From NCBI GenBank assembly GCA_964016885.1, contig OZ024753.1, positions 11,346,001 through 11,410,000 on the forward strand: a DNA stretch of 64,000 bases, read 5' to 3'. The notes beneath the pieces were generated by a model, which saw nothing but the letters and a program-made list of their open reading frames with translations, searched no databases and had not been told where the DNA came from. Source of the DNA: Eledone cirrhosa. Lineage: Eukaryota. Position 1 is the stretch's first letter. Each line of letters opens with the position of its first letter. The position numbers and the translations under genes are program-made. Positions 13,348 through 30,693 of the stretch are shown piece by piece.

Positions 13348-14592
13348 TAGCAACATGACTCGGCGTTGCACGGGGTAGGAAACGCGAAATAGCACACGCA
13401 TATGCAAGGATTGAGCAATGTATCTGTACATTTTGAATTACCTTATTCTCAGGGAATGATTGAGGAGCGTCGTAGTCAATTGTGCGAAAACCAAGTAGGG
13501 ATGTACGTTTAATTAGGGTATTGAGATGACGAAATCAGAGTGGCAACACAGCTGCAGCAGAGGGGGGGGGGGTCATAGCGCAATTAGCATAAACGCTGGG
13601 CGGCACTGGTTGCAATGCGGTTACACAGCAACAAAGGTGCGACAAAAGGGGTCACGGCGGAATTATGTTGAAAGTAGGTGACTGATACTCTGTTTTGAGT
13701 TCCTGGAAGAATGCAAGTCAAGGTTGATTTGAACTACGACCGCAATGAACGAGACAGTATACCGTAAACTTCCTATAAAGTACGACAGCAATGAACGAGA
13801 CAGTATACCGTAAACTTCCTATAAAGTACGACCGCAATGAACGAGACAGTATACCGTAAACTTCCTATCAACTACGACCGCAATGAACGAGACAGTATAC
13901 CGTAAACTTCCTATCAACTACGACCGCAATGAACGAGACAGTATACCGTAAACATCCTATCAACTACGACCACAATGAACGAGACGGTATACCGAAAACT
14001 TCCTATAAAGTACGACCGCAATGAACGAGACAGTATACCGTAAACATCCTATCAACTACGACCACAATGAACGAGACGGTATACCGAAAACTTCCTATAA
14101 AGTACGACCGCAATGAACGAGACAGTATACCGTAAACATCCTATCAACTACGACCACAATGAACGAGACGGTATACCGAAAACTTCCTATAAAGTACGAC
14201 CGCAATGAACGAGACAGTATACCGTAAACTTCCTATAAAGTACGACCGCAATGAACGAGACAGTATACCGAAAACTTCCTATCAACTACGACCGCAATGA
14301 ACGAGACAGTATACCGTAAACATCCTATCAACTACGACCGCAATGAACGAGACAGTATACCGTAAACTTCCTATCAACTACGACCGCAATGAACGAGACA
14401 GTATACCGCAATCTTCCTATCAACTACGACCACAGTGAACGAGACAGTATACCGCAAACTTCCTATCTGATTCTGACAATTTGCTGCCTCTTTTTTTCAA
14501 ATACATCGCACTCATTTGCAATCAGAAATTACGTCACGTTAAGGATATTTTACCATAAGCAAATACGTTTGATTACACGAATTTCTATATAG
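13347..14592 (-). mobile_element. Non-autonomous Helitron-like element with an internal tandem array
   Basis: Minus-strand 3' end CCCCGTGCAACGCCGAG...CTAG-T at 13347-13375; probable 5' end CTATATAGAAA near 14592 (approximate). Confidence 0.6.
13732..14467. repeat. 46-bp tandem array, 16 copies
   Basis: Unit AACTACGACCGCAATGAACGAGACAGTATACCGTAAACTTCCTATC. Confidence 0.95.
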
Positions 14593-14770
14593 CAATGTTT
14601 TTTATATCATTCTGTTGAAGTAGACATTTGAATTCTCTCACGAGACATTTTATTAATTTTCTGACAAAATTCTGTTTCTTCAACAATTCGACTTAATTAT
14701 AGTTTAAGGAAATCTGGTAAGAAAATTAACGTAAGTTCTACATAAATATTGGAAGACTTAGTATTTAATG

Positions 14771-14935
14771 TGAAGCGGCATGGCTGAGTGGTTAGAGAAT
14801 TGGATTCGGGTGATGCGTTATGTCCTTGAGCAAGACCCTTTATTTCATGTTGCTCCTTCTGCCTGTATTTGCAAACGGTAGATAGTATTAGCAATTGGAA
14901 AGATCAATGGAAATATTGATTCTCGGTCCTATCTG
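14771..14935 (+). mobile_element. SINE family 2 variant, deleted
   Basis: GGCATGGCTGAGTGGTTAGAG...GTCCTTGAGCAAGAC; tail shared with 31808-32300. Confidence 0.75.
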
Positions 14936-15549
14936 ACGAGTTCCACCCTACTCATTTGGTGAATGAGGTCTTGGATGTTGTTGATCAACTGCTATATCGA
15001 CTGTTTAGTATTCAATGGAGCTACAATTTTAAAGATGATCAAATATTATTTTTAATCATATCCCGAATTGATACGTGTGATCGTGTCTGTGTCTCTTCCA
15101 TAGTCCATAGTCCTTCCGTTGTAGAATCGGTAACACAGCCTCAAAACCCCTAAAAACAATATTAATAATATATCGGTTTAGAAGGAACATACACACACTC
15201 AATCACTTCCGCGCTTTCTTTGTCTCCCCCCCCCTCTCACTACCATTTATTTAGCCATTCGTTCATCTACTATTTTATCATATTACATATCTAAATTGCT
15301 CTGTCCATGATAAAGTATATTTCCTCACACTCACCACATATACTCACGCAATTTCTTCCTTACTCACATTTTTCTCTCCTTCGCTGTTTAATCGCTTTAC
15401 TGTTAGATAACTGCTGAGTATTTCTTCCTTTCACTCTCTATCAATTCTTGCATTTGACTCTCTTTAATATATTCCTCGACAAATTACTTTCATTCTCTCT
15501 CTGTTTCACTTCTCAGAATAAATTATGTGTTTCCGTCTTTCCAGCAGGA

Positions 15550-15550
15550 A

Positions 15551-15584
<34 letters not shown>

Positions 15585-15654
15585 GGAGAGAGAGAGAGAT
15601 GAAGAGAGAGAGAGGAAGACAGAGAGAGAGAAAGAGATGGAGAGAGAGAGAGAT

Positions 15655-15692
<38 letters not shown>

Positions 15693-15810
15693 AGAGAGAG
15701 AGAGAGAAAAAGAGAGAGAGAGAGAGAAAGAGAGAGTGAGGGAGAGAGAGATGGAGAGAAGGAGAGAGAAGGAGAAAGAGAGAGAGAGAGAGATAGAGAG
15801 AGAGAGAGAA
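15550..15810. repeat. (GT)n/(GA)n microsatellite
   Basis: Direct inspection. Confidence 0.95.
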
Positions 15811-16006
15811 CCATCGAACACAATGAACAGGTGATTAACGTTTCAGACATCAAAATAATGATTCGTTTCATCAGAAGATTTAGACGTTGTATCTGTACCT
15901 ATTTTAAAGCTAAACATCTCTTACCAGATAAAGATATTAAAAGACACTAAGCTAGTTAGACCGACACGTTTTTCTGACCAAGAAGAGAGAAATCTCTGAT
16001 ATTACA

Positions 16007-19000
16007 ACATTGTTACCTTTGCACATTGTGACTAAAGTGTATGGTTAATAAAAAAAAAGTACATTGTTACCTTTTCACATTGTGACTAAAGTGTATGGTT
16101 AATAAAAAAAAGTACATTGTTACCTTTTCACATTGTGACTAAAGTGTATGGTTAATAAAAAAAAAGTACATTGTTACCTTTTCACATTGTGACTAAAGTG
16201 TATGGTTAATAAAAAAAAGTACATTGTTACCTTTTCACATTGTGACTAAAGTGTATGGTTAATAAAAAAAAAGTACATTGTTACCTTTGCACATTGTGAC
16301 TAAAGTGTATGGTTAATAAAAAAAAAGTACATTGTTACCTTTGCACATTGTGACTAAAGTGTATGGTTAATAAAAAAAAAGTACATTGTTACCTTTGCAC
16401 ATTGTGACTAAAGTGTATGGTTAATAAAAAAAAGTACATTGTTACCTTTTCACATTGTGACTAAAGTGTATGGTTAATAAAAAAAAAGTACATTGTTACC
16501 TTTGCACATTGTGACTAAAGTGTATGGTTAATAAAAAAAAAGTACATTGTTACCTTTGCACATTGTGACTAAAGTGTATGGTTAATAAAAAAAAGTACAT
16601 TGTTACCTTTGCACATTGTGACTAAAGTGTATGGTTAATAAAAAAAAAGTACATTGTTACCTTTTCACATTGTGACTAAAGTGTATGGTTAATAAAAAAA
16701 AGTACATTGTTACCTTTTCACATTGTGACTAAAGTGTATGGTTAATAAAAAAAAAGTACATTGTTACCTTTTCACATTGTGACTAAAGTGTATGGTTAAT
16801 AAAAAAAAGTACATTGTTACCTTTTCACATTGTGACTAAAGTGTATGGTTAATAAAAAAAAAGTACATTGTTACCTTTGCACATTGTGACTAAAGTGTAT
16901 GGTTAATAAAAAAAAAGTACATTGTTACCTTTGCACATTGTGACTAAAGTGTATGGTTAATAAAAAAAAAGTACATTGTTACCTTTGCACATTGTGACTA
17001 AAGTGTATGGTTAATAAAAAAAAGTACATTGTTACCTTTGCCCATTGTGACTAAAGTGTATGGTTAATAAAAAAAAGTACATTGTTACCTTTTCACATTG
17101 TGACTAAAGTGTATGGTTAATAAAAAAAAGTACATTGTTACCTTTGCCCATTGTGACTAAAGTGTATGGTTAATAAAAAAAAGTACATTGTTACCTTTTC
17201 ACATTGTGACTAAAGTGTATGGTTAATAAAAAAAAGTACATTGTTACCTTTGCCCATTGTGACTAAAGTGTATGGTTAATAAAAAAAAGTACATTGTTAC
17301 CTTTGCACATTGTGACTAAAGTGTATGGTTAATAAAAAAAAAGTACATTGTTACCTTTGCACATTGTGACTAAAGTGTATGGTTAATAAAAAAAAGTACA
17401 TTGTTACCTTTGCCCATTGTGACTAAAGTGTATGGTTAATAAAAAAAAGTACATTGTTACCTTTTCACATTGTGACTAAAGTGTATGGTTAATAAAAAAA
17501 AGTACATTGTTACCTTTGCCCATTGTGACTAAAGTGTATGGTTAATAAAAAAAAGTACATTGTTACCTTTGCACATTGTGACTAAAGTGTATGGTTAATA
17601 AAAAAAAAGTACATTGTTACCTTTGCACATTGTGACTAAAGTGTATGGTTAATAAAAAAAAGTACATTGTTACCTTTGCCCATTGTGACTAAAGTGTATG
17701 GTTAATAAAAAAAAGTACATTGTTACCTTTTCACATTGTGACTAAAGTGTATGGTTAATAAAAAAAAGTACATTGTTACCTTTGCCCATTGTGACTAAAG
17801 TGTATGGTTAATAAAAAAAAGTACATTGTTACCTTTTCACATTGTGACTAAAGTGTATGGTTAATAAAAAAAAGTACATTGTTACCTTTGCCCATTGTGA
17901 CTAAAGTGTATGGTTAATAAAAAAAAGTACATTGTTACCTTTGCACATTGTGACTAAAGTATATGGTTAATAAAAAAAAGTACATTGTTACCTTTGCCCA
18001 TTGTGACTAAAGTGTATGGTTAATAAAAAAAAGTACATTGTTACCTTTTCACATTGTGACTAAAGTGTATGGTTAATAAAAAAACGTACATTGTTACCTT
18101 TGCCCATTGTGACTAAAGTGTATGGTTAATAAAAAAAAGTACATTGTTACCTTTGCACATTGTGACTAAAGTATATGGTTAATAAAAAAAAGTACATTGT
18201 TACCTTTGCCCATTGTGACTAAAGTGTATGGTTAATAAAAAAAAGTACATTGTTACCTTTTCACATTGTGACTAAAGTGTATGGTTAATAAAAAAAAGTA
18301 CATTGTTACCTTTGCCCATTGTGACTAAAGTGTATGGTTAATAAAAAAAAGTACATTGTTACCTTTGCACATTGTGACTAAAGTATATGGTTAATAAAAA
18401 AAAGTACATTGTTACCTTTGCCCATTGTGACTAAAGTGTATGGTTAATAAAAAAAAGTACATTGTTACCTTTTCACATTGTGACTAAAGTGTATGGTTAA
18501 TAAAAAAAAGTACATTGTTACCTTTGCCCATTGTGACTAAAGTGTATGGTTAATAAAAAAAAGTACATTGTTACCTTTGCACATTGTGACTAAAGTGTAT
18601 GGTTAATAAAAAAAAGTACATTGTTACCTTTGCACATTGTGACTAAAGTGTATGGTTAATAAAAAAAAGTACATTGTTACCTTTTCACATTGTGACTAAA
18701 GTGTATGGTTAATAAAAAAAAAGTACATTGTTACCTTTGCACATTGTGACTAAAGTGTATGGTTAATAAAAAAAAAGTACATTGTTACCTTTGCCCATTG
18801 TGACTAAAGTGTATGGTTAATAAAAAAAAAGTACATTGTTACCTTTGCCCATTGTGACTAAAGTGTATGGTTAATAAAAAAAAGTACATTGTTACCTTTG
18901 CACATTGTGACTAAAGTATATGGTTAATAAAAAAAAAGTACATTGTTACCTTTCACATTGTGACTAAAGTGTATGGTTAATAAAAAAAAAGTACATTGTT

Positions 19001-19260
19001 ACCTTTGCCCATTGTGACTAAAGTGTATGGTTAATAAAAAAAAGTACATTGTTACCTTTGCACATTGTGACTAAAGTGTATGGTTAATAAAAAAAAGTAC
19101 ATTGTTACCTTTGCACATTGTGACTAAAGTGTATGGTTAATAAAAAAAAAGTACATTGTTACCTTTGCCCATTGTGACTAAAGTGTATGGTTAATAAAAA
19201 AAAGTACATTGTTACCTTTGCACATTGTGACTAAAGTGTATGGTTAATAAAAAAAAAGTA
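16007..19260. repeat. 53/54-bp satellite, about 61 copies
   Basis: Unit GTACATTGTTACCTTT(G/T)C(A/C)CATTGTGACTAAAGTGTATGGTTAATA(8-9). Confidence 0.97.
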
Positions 19261-19808
19261 TAATTTATATTTCAAGTTCACTAATAATTACATAATTCTC
19301 CCTGGCATTTTCAGCTCAGCGGAGCTGTTCTGCTAGAGAACGGGTCGCAGGTTGCAGATTGCCCCCCAAACCACCAGATATGATGGCTGGTTGCGATATA
19401 AGCAGGCAACTACCAGAAAATAAGCAACCCTCGAATCAACAGCGCAAAACTACTAGTAGGGATAGAGCAATGGGTGACACCTGCAGCTTCCACGAAAACT
19501 CCCGCAGCCCAGTGAGGTAGCTACAGGCGCTTGCAACACCATCAAAACCATCAACAATTAAAAAGGTCGGTTTTGTCCGAGGTTATTTTATTATAAATGG
19601 TTATAAGTTCTCTATCTATAAATAGACGGACCCTGGGTAAACTTTCTCAGCTGAACGTTTAAATATACCAGAAAATAACTATATCGATCGTGTTTCTTTT
19701 TTCATTTTTTTGAAATGCCAGGTGACGACAACCGGAATCAATTAATATATAGTATTATATATATTATATATATATATGTGTGTGTGTGTGTTATATATGT
19801 TTATATAC

Positions 19809-19863
<55 letters not shown>

Positions 19864-19864
19864 A

Positions 19865-20129
19865 AAGTCTGTCTAAAGCCAGAAGGCTCATTTGGCCGGT
19901 GCTTATCACGGTTTCAAGGGGTGAAGCAACTGTACAAGACCCCCCCCCCCCCCTGGGCGGGACGCCAGCCCATCTCAGGGTTGAACCACCAGTTATTGCT
20001 GGCACTCATTTTCACCTCCGTTACTGGAGCAATACCCTGAAATAATGTGTTTTGCTCAAGAATACAACACGAAACCAGGGAACCGAACCCACGACATTAT
20101 GATCATAAGTCCAACGCCCTTAACACTAG

Positions 20130-20132
<3 letters not shown>
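19865..20132 (-). mobile_element. SINE family 2
   Basis: Homologous to 12723-12997. Confidence 0.8.
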
Positions 20133-20186
<54 letters not shown>

Positions 20187-20562
20187 CTCCCCTTCTCACT
20201 TCCTCCCGTTTGGCTTGTGTGGGGTTCTTCTTGCTTACATCTCACACACATCGACACGGTCTGTACCACCTCTCTCGCTCATGAAATCCACCCAGCTTAT
20301 GCTGACCGGACAACCATGTTGCTTGTTTATTTTCCTATCTTCGGTTTGCTTTTATCCTTCTATGCTGTTTACTTGTCCCCCTCGCTTTACGCGAATTACT
20401 GGTCCCAATAACTGTTTTTAGTTATAGCTCGCACCAACCTGAGGTATCTGATTTTTAATGCGATGAAATACCAATGATTGTTGGAAAATCACTGACGAAG
20501 GACTATTTTCATCATATGTAACCCCCATATGTAAACCACGCAGTATTCTTCTTTCTTCTCAT

Positions 20563-20598
<36 letters not shown>

Positions 20599-20669
20599 CT
20601 GTGGTTATATATAACCACATAACTGTGGTTATATAACTGTGGTTATCCCCGACTCAACCCGGGACCTAC

Positions 20670-20782
<113 letters not shown>

Positions 20783-20982
20783 TGGGAAAAGAGTCAAGGT
20801 CCTGACAGCTGAGCTCCGACTGTTTCGACAGCTAGATCTGAACTTCAGATCTAGCTGTCGAAACGACCGGAGCTCGGCCGTCGGGGTCCTGACACTTTTC
20901 CTATTACCCACTCTACTACCCTAAGTATCGAGTACTCTGGTGCGTTATGGTCCACCTGGTTTCTTACCACACTTTCTTTGTT
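20783..20982. mobile_element. Family J fold-back copy
   Basis: Centre AGATCTGAA-C-TTCAGATCT. Confidence 0.75.
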
Positions 20983-21004
20983 TTATTTATATTTATATAT
21001 GTAA

Positions 21005-21478
21005 AAAAGAAAATTTCGCTCTACATGGCTGAATACAATAAATGTAATCTGAGTATATTAATAATTGTTTCAACGTTAGGCACAAGTCCAGCAATTACCC
21101 AGTGTATTACTGGTGCTTTATTTTCTGAGTATATTAATAATAACATTCTATTCGTTTCCAATTTTGCAAACAACCCTCAATTGTGTAGCCATGTCAGTAG
21201 AATGAACACTTCATTCTTGCCCTTGTGTTGGCAATTCTGTTTACATGCCAACACAAGAGCAAGAATGAAGGGTCCATTCTACTGACATGGCTACACAATT
21301 GAGGGTTGTTTGCAAAATTGGAAACGAATAGAATGTTGTTATTAATATCCGAGGTTAACTTTGCCTTTCATCCTTACGGGGTCGATAAAATAAAGTATCA
21401 GTAATGTACTGGATAATTGCTGGCCTTGTGCCTAAAATAGAAACAATTATTAATATCCGAAAAACTCAGATTATATTT
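21005..21478. mobile_element. Fold-back element (family D; related copies at 1180-1400 and possibly 7020-7340) with SINE tails in both arms
   Basis: Arms about 21130-21232 and 21246-21348 are reverse complements. Confidence 0.65.
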
Positions 21479-21502
21479 AGATATATATATATAAATGTGT
21501 AT

Positions 21503-21613
<111 letters not shown>

Positions 21614-22059
21614 AATGAAAAGTATAGAAATTATTGTAGCAAGAAGACAACAGTATTCCATAATATGTCAAAATGAAACAATAGTTAACGTAAGATGTGG
21701 GAAAATAATTCAAACTCAATTCAAAAAGAATCAGGATATAGATTCATCCACAGAATTTGGTTAAATCCAGGGAAAAATCGATAGAGCCTTAACTCAGAAT
21801 AAAATAAAGTTTAAAATAGACATCCTTCAATTTGGAAAAACTACAATGCTCTGTATAGTCTTAAAGTCTATTTCACGAAACTTTCAGTGGGGCTGTATAT
21901 ATATATATATATATATATACATCAATATCTATATATATATATACATACATGTATAGGACACGATATTCGACGTAATAAATAGCACTGGTGCAAATGTCAA
22001 AATTCCGTGAAACATTATTTGAATTCACGTTTCTAAAAGCACTACCATTATTGTTCAAA

Positions 22060-22248
22060 GGGCGGTGGATTGGCAGTATCGGTAGAGAGTCGGACGCCAT
22101 GCTTTCCAGCATAGTTACGTCCCTTTACGATCTGAGTTCAAATCCCGCCGAGGTTGACTTTGCCTTTCATCCTTACAGGGTCGATAAAATAAAGTACCAG
22201 TAATACACTGGGTAATTGCTGGCCTTGTGCCTAAAGTAGAAAACAATT
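22060..22248 (+). mobile_element. SINE family 1
   Basis: Full copy, TSD ATTATTGTTCAAA. Confidence 0.9.
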
Positions 22249-22323
22249 ATTGTTCAAACCAATCCCTAATAAATAAAAACACATCTGAGTCTAAAGATGT
22301 ACATCTGAGTCTTAGAGGTGTGC

Positions 22324-25400
<3,077 letters not shown>

Positions 25401-25504
25401 ATATATATACCAAGGTTTCTTGGTGAGGAGGGTGACTTTGGACAACCTGCAGGACTAAAAACAAAACCTGTCAAAGGGCAAAGGAGCTCTGATGAGTCAA
25501 TGGC

Positions 25505-25905
25505 CATCCAAAATCACCGGGAGAAAATGAAAACACACACACACATACAACAAACAACCAACCAGTAACATGTAAAAAAACAAACAAATAAACAAATATA
25601 AACACACACAGACACCCGGATGTAACACATGCGTAAACTAAGCACACAACAAAAACAAGATGGCGTAGGACAGAACAAAGGAGTGGCACAAAAACAAAGA
25701 AAAGAATCCCAGTCACTGAAGAGGTCACAGAATGTGTGACGAAAGAACTTTGACAATATATGAACAATCGTCTGGTTGTGGAACCAACCAACCAACGGAA
25801 AATTTATAAATTCCTAAGTTTATGAATTTAATTTATAATAAATTGAAGTGAAAGCATCTGGTGCGTGTGTTTCTTATTGGCAACATGTCCCTCCCAAAGC
25901 ATAAT
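25505..25905 (+). mobile_element. Family K dispersed repeat with hammerhead
   Basis: AAGATGGCGTAGGACAGAAC...hammerhead...CATGTCCCTCCCAAAG then (TA)n. Confidence 0.7.
25712..25754 (+). ncRNA. Hammerhead ribozyme motif (family K)
   Basis: GTCA-CTGAAGA-G-GTCACA-GAATG-TGTGAC-GAAAG-AA-CTT-TGAC: stems I and II perfect, CUU cleavage triplet. Confidence 0.75.
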
Positions 25906-25906
25906 A

Positions 25907-25957
<51 letters not shown>

Positions 25958-25958
25958 A

Positions 25959-26056
<98 letters not shown>

Positions 26057-26120
26057 CATATCTACGTATATACATATCTATGTATGTATATATATATATA
26101 TAAATGTGCGTGTGTATATA

Positions 26121-26164
<44 letters not shown>

Positions 26165-26165
26165 G

Positions 26166-26199
<34 letters not shown>

Positions 26200-26297
26200 A
26201 ATATATGTATATATATATTTGTATATGTACATATATATGTATATATATAAACTAGGACGACTGTGCTTTTGAATCTGTATCTTAATTTATTTTTGAA

Positions 26298-26348
<51 letters not shown>

Positions 26349-26663
26349 ATATACACACATATATAATTACACATATATATGTGTGTTTGTGTGTGTGAGT
26401 GTGTGTGTGGTATGTATTTGTGTGGGCTCGTGTGAATGCTTGCACACCTACACTAGATAAATATACAAATACAAACACGCACCTATCGGCTATAATATCA
26501 ATAGTTCTTTTTTTAATACCGTATACTTGTGTATTAATAGTCGAAGTGACTTTTTTCCAAACACGATGATATACTTGAAATATCTGATAGTCTTACTTTA
26601 ATGGATTCCAAAGAAAGAAAGCATACTGCCGAATCACCGCACGTATGCAAATACTCACAAATG

Positions 26664-26731
<68 letters not shown>

Positions 26732-26770
26732 CATACAGTTAAGGAAATGACAACATAAACACATTTATCA

Positions 26771-26864
<94 letters not shown>

Positions 26865-26996
26865 TGAATATATATATATATATATATGAGCGTGAGACTA
26901 ATAAGACTGCGTTTTTGCATCCCTGTATTTATTTTGTCATTTCCTTAAAGGTATATATATATATATATATAAGTATATAAAGGAAATGACAAAATA

Positions 26997-27056
<60 letters not shown>

Positions 27057-27217
27057 CATATGAAGATAATACATATTCTTAATGTAATTTTCAGCATCAA
27101 AGAATTTACTTCCAAATATATTTAAAAAAAAATGAATGGAAAAACTGCAGAAGAACACCTTGGCGAAACTTAATGTTAAGTTCCCATGTAATAGTATAGA
27201 AGTGATACGTTACGCAA

Positions 27218-28035
<818 letters not shown>

Positions 28036-28656
28036 ATCCAGCATGAATATAGTTCCATCCAAGAAGTAAATACTAAAGAATTCTTGGGTCCTCAAAAGAG
28101 AAATCAGGAAATATTGGGAAAATAATATAAAAGAAGGAAATCTTGTATTACTTCACAAAACATACACACAGTCACACACACATATATACACATACACAAA
28201 CTCACACGCACACACCTACGCAAACAAACACTCACGCACATACATATATACACACACAAACACACTCGCACGCACACATACAAACACACACATATATACA
28301 CGCACATACACACGCACATATACACATATATACATACAAACATATACACACACACACATACCCCCACACAAAGCAATTCCCATAAAAAATGAAAACGAAA
28401 CATGATTTGATTTAATCCTATACAACATAATTGAAAACCAGAATTTCGTGTAGTTTTATGACAAGTGATTCTTTAAACAACGTTCAAATACTATTTAACG
28501 TAGTAGCTATGCTGTGGTTGTACATTCTACTAAATCTAAAGCTTAATGTATTCATTCATGCATGCAAACATACATATATAAATACACATACGCAAGCATA
28601 TATATATATATATGCTTGCGTATGTGTGTTTATATATGTGTATATATATATATATA

Positions 28657-29053
28657 TAAACGTTTGAATATGTGTAATAAGGCCAAAGCGATGCAGGTAT
28701 GGACATAGAAAAAAGGAAGCAATGGTAAAAGATATTGATGAGAATTCGTCTTTCACCTTGAATTTATTTAAATGTCCTTTATTTTCGAGATAATATCTCT
28801 TCTTCGGAGGGAAGTAAAGGTCTCAAACCAGCGTCTTAAATCTCTAGCCGCCAGAGCTTGGCTAGAGATTTAAGACGCTGGTTTGAGACCTTTACTTCCC
28901 TCCGAAGAAGAGATATTATCTCGAAAATAAAGGACATTTAAATAAATTCAAGGTGAAAGACGAATTCTCATCAATATCTTTTATCATTGCTTCCTTTTTT
29001 CTATGTCCATACCTGCATTGTTTTGGCCTTATTACAGATATTCAAACGTTTAT
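28657..29053. mobile_element. Near-perfect fold-back element with arms of about 190 bp
   Basis: Arms meet at TAGCC-GCCAGAGCTT-GGCTA (about 28845-28864); only a few mismatches. Confidence 0.8.
28898..28934 (+). ncRNA. Hammerhead-like motif (CCGAAGA variant), with an identical inverted mate at about 28776-28812
   Basis: CCT-CCGAAGA-A-GAGAT-ATT-ATCTC-GAAA-ATAA-AGG; stem III essentially absent. Confidence 0.4.
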
Positions 29054-29093
29054 ACCTCATTACACAATGCTTCAAGTGAACTATAACCTCCTC

Positions 29094-29151
<58 letters not shown>

Positions 29152-29157
<6 letters not shown>

Positions 29158-29604
29158 ATACTTTGGGAGGGTCATGTTGCCAACAAGAAACACACGCACC
29201 AGTTGCTTTCACTTCAACACTTCAATTTATTATAATATATTTATAAATTTAGGAATTTATAAATTTGCGGTTGGTTGGTTCCACAACCAGATGGTTGTTT
29301 ATATATTGTCAAAGTTCTTTCGTCACACATTCTTTGACCTCTTCAGTGACTGGGGATTCTTTTCTTTGCTTTTGTGCCTCTCCTTTGTTCTGTCCTACGC
29401 CATCTTCAAATGGCGTAGGACAGAACAATATATGAACAGACAATATATGAACAACCGTCTGGTTGTGGACCAACCAACCAACCGGAAATGAAAGCAACTG
29501 GTGCGTGTGTTTCTTGTTGGCAACATGACCCTCCCAAAGTATAACAATATCGGTTTCAACACACGTTTTCAGATAAAGAATCTTGCTAAACAAATTCAGA
29601 AACG

Positions 29605-29608
<4 letters not shown>
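29152..29608. mobile_element. Family K fold-back copy
   Basis: Inversion centre CCTACGCCAT-CTTCAA-ATGGCGTAGG at about 29394-29420; both ends lie in (TA)n. Confidence 0.75.
29308..29350 (-). ncRNA. Hammerhead ribozyme motif (family K, second copy)
   Basis: Reverse complement of 25712-25754 with one stem II change. Confidence 0.7.
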
Positions 29609-29664
<56 letters not shown>

Positions 29665-29705
29665 AAACAAGGACGAGAAGGACGAATGGTTACTACTTCA
29701 TTACG

Positions 29706-29748
29706 TTTATTAGTTGGTGACGCGCGTTTCACTATTGATCAGCTCAAG
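29706..29748 (-). ncRNA. 3' half of a hammerhead motif plus AATAAA
   Basis: Minus: TGA-GCT-GATCAAT-AGT-GAAAC-GCGC-GTC-ACC...AATAAA; the 5' CUGA is lost. Confidence 0.45.
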
Positions 29749-29791
29749 GTTCGATCTGTATCGAATATATACACACTTATATGTAAACACA

Positions 29792-30072
<281 letters not shown>

Positions 30073-30339
30073 ATATATATAATATATATGTGTGTGTGTG
30101 TAGCTTGGTCTAGTCTCTCTAGTATTGGGAATATATCTACACACACACACATATATATATATACATATTCACACAAACATATATATATATATGTGTGTGT
30201 GTGTATGTGTCTATGTAGCTTGGTCCAGTCCCTCTAGTATTGGAAATATATGTACATACACACACATATTTATAAATATACATATATATATATAAATGTC
30301 TGTGTATGTGTGTGTGTGTATGTGTATGTGTGTGTGTGA

Positions 30340-30581
30340 CAGCTCACACCTATGCAGGTTTAGCTGGCCTCCTCCAAGGTATATTTCGTTGGAGGTGTCT
30401 TGGGTAATTTAATGATAGGGGCCCCAGTCCTATCATCTCATTTCTACAGCTGAGTAAACTGGAGCAACGTGAAATAAAGTATCTTGCTCAAGGAAACACC
30501 GCATCACCCGGTCCGAGAATTGAACTCACAACCTTTCGATTGCAACACCAATGCTCTAACAACTAAGCCATCCGCCTTCAC
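30340..30581 (-). mobile_element. SINE family 2 variant
   Basis: tRNA-like head and CORE-like domain, different tail. Confidence 0.75.
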
Positions 30582-30633
30582 AATATGTGTGTGTGTGCGC
30601 GTGTGTGTGTGGTGTGTGTGTTAGTGTGTGTGT

Positions 30634-30693
<60 letters not shown>

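Noticed and set aside
25485-25525. CTGATGA-GTCAATGGC as another hammerhead
   Set aside because: No GAAA follows the short hairpin. Isolated partial matches at 20492, 22856, 27148, 31016, 58907 and 63977 were likewise left out for lacking a complete core or stems.
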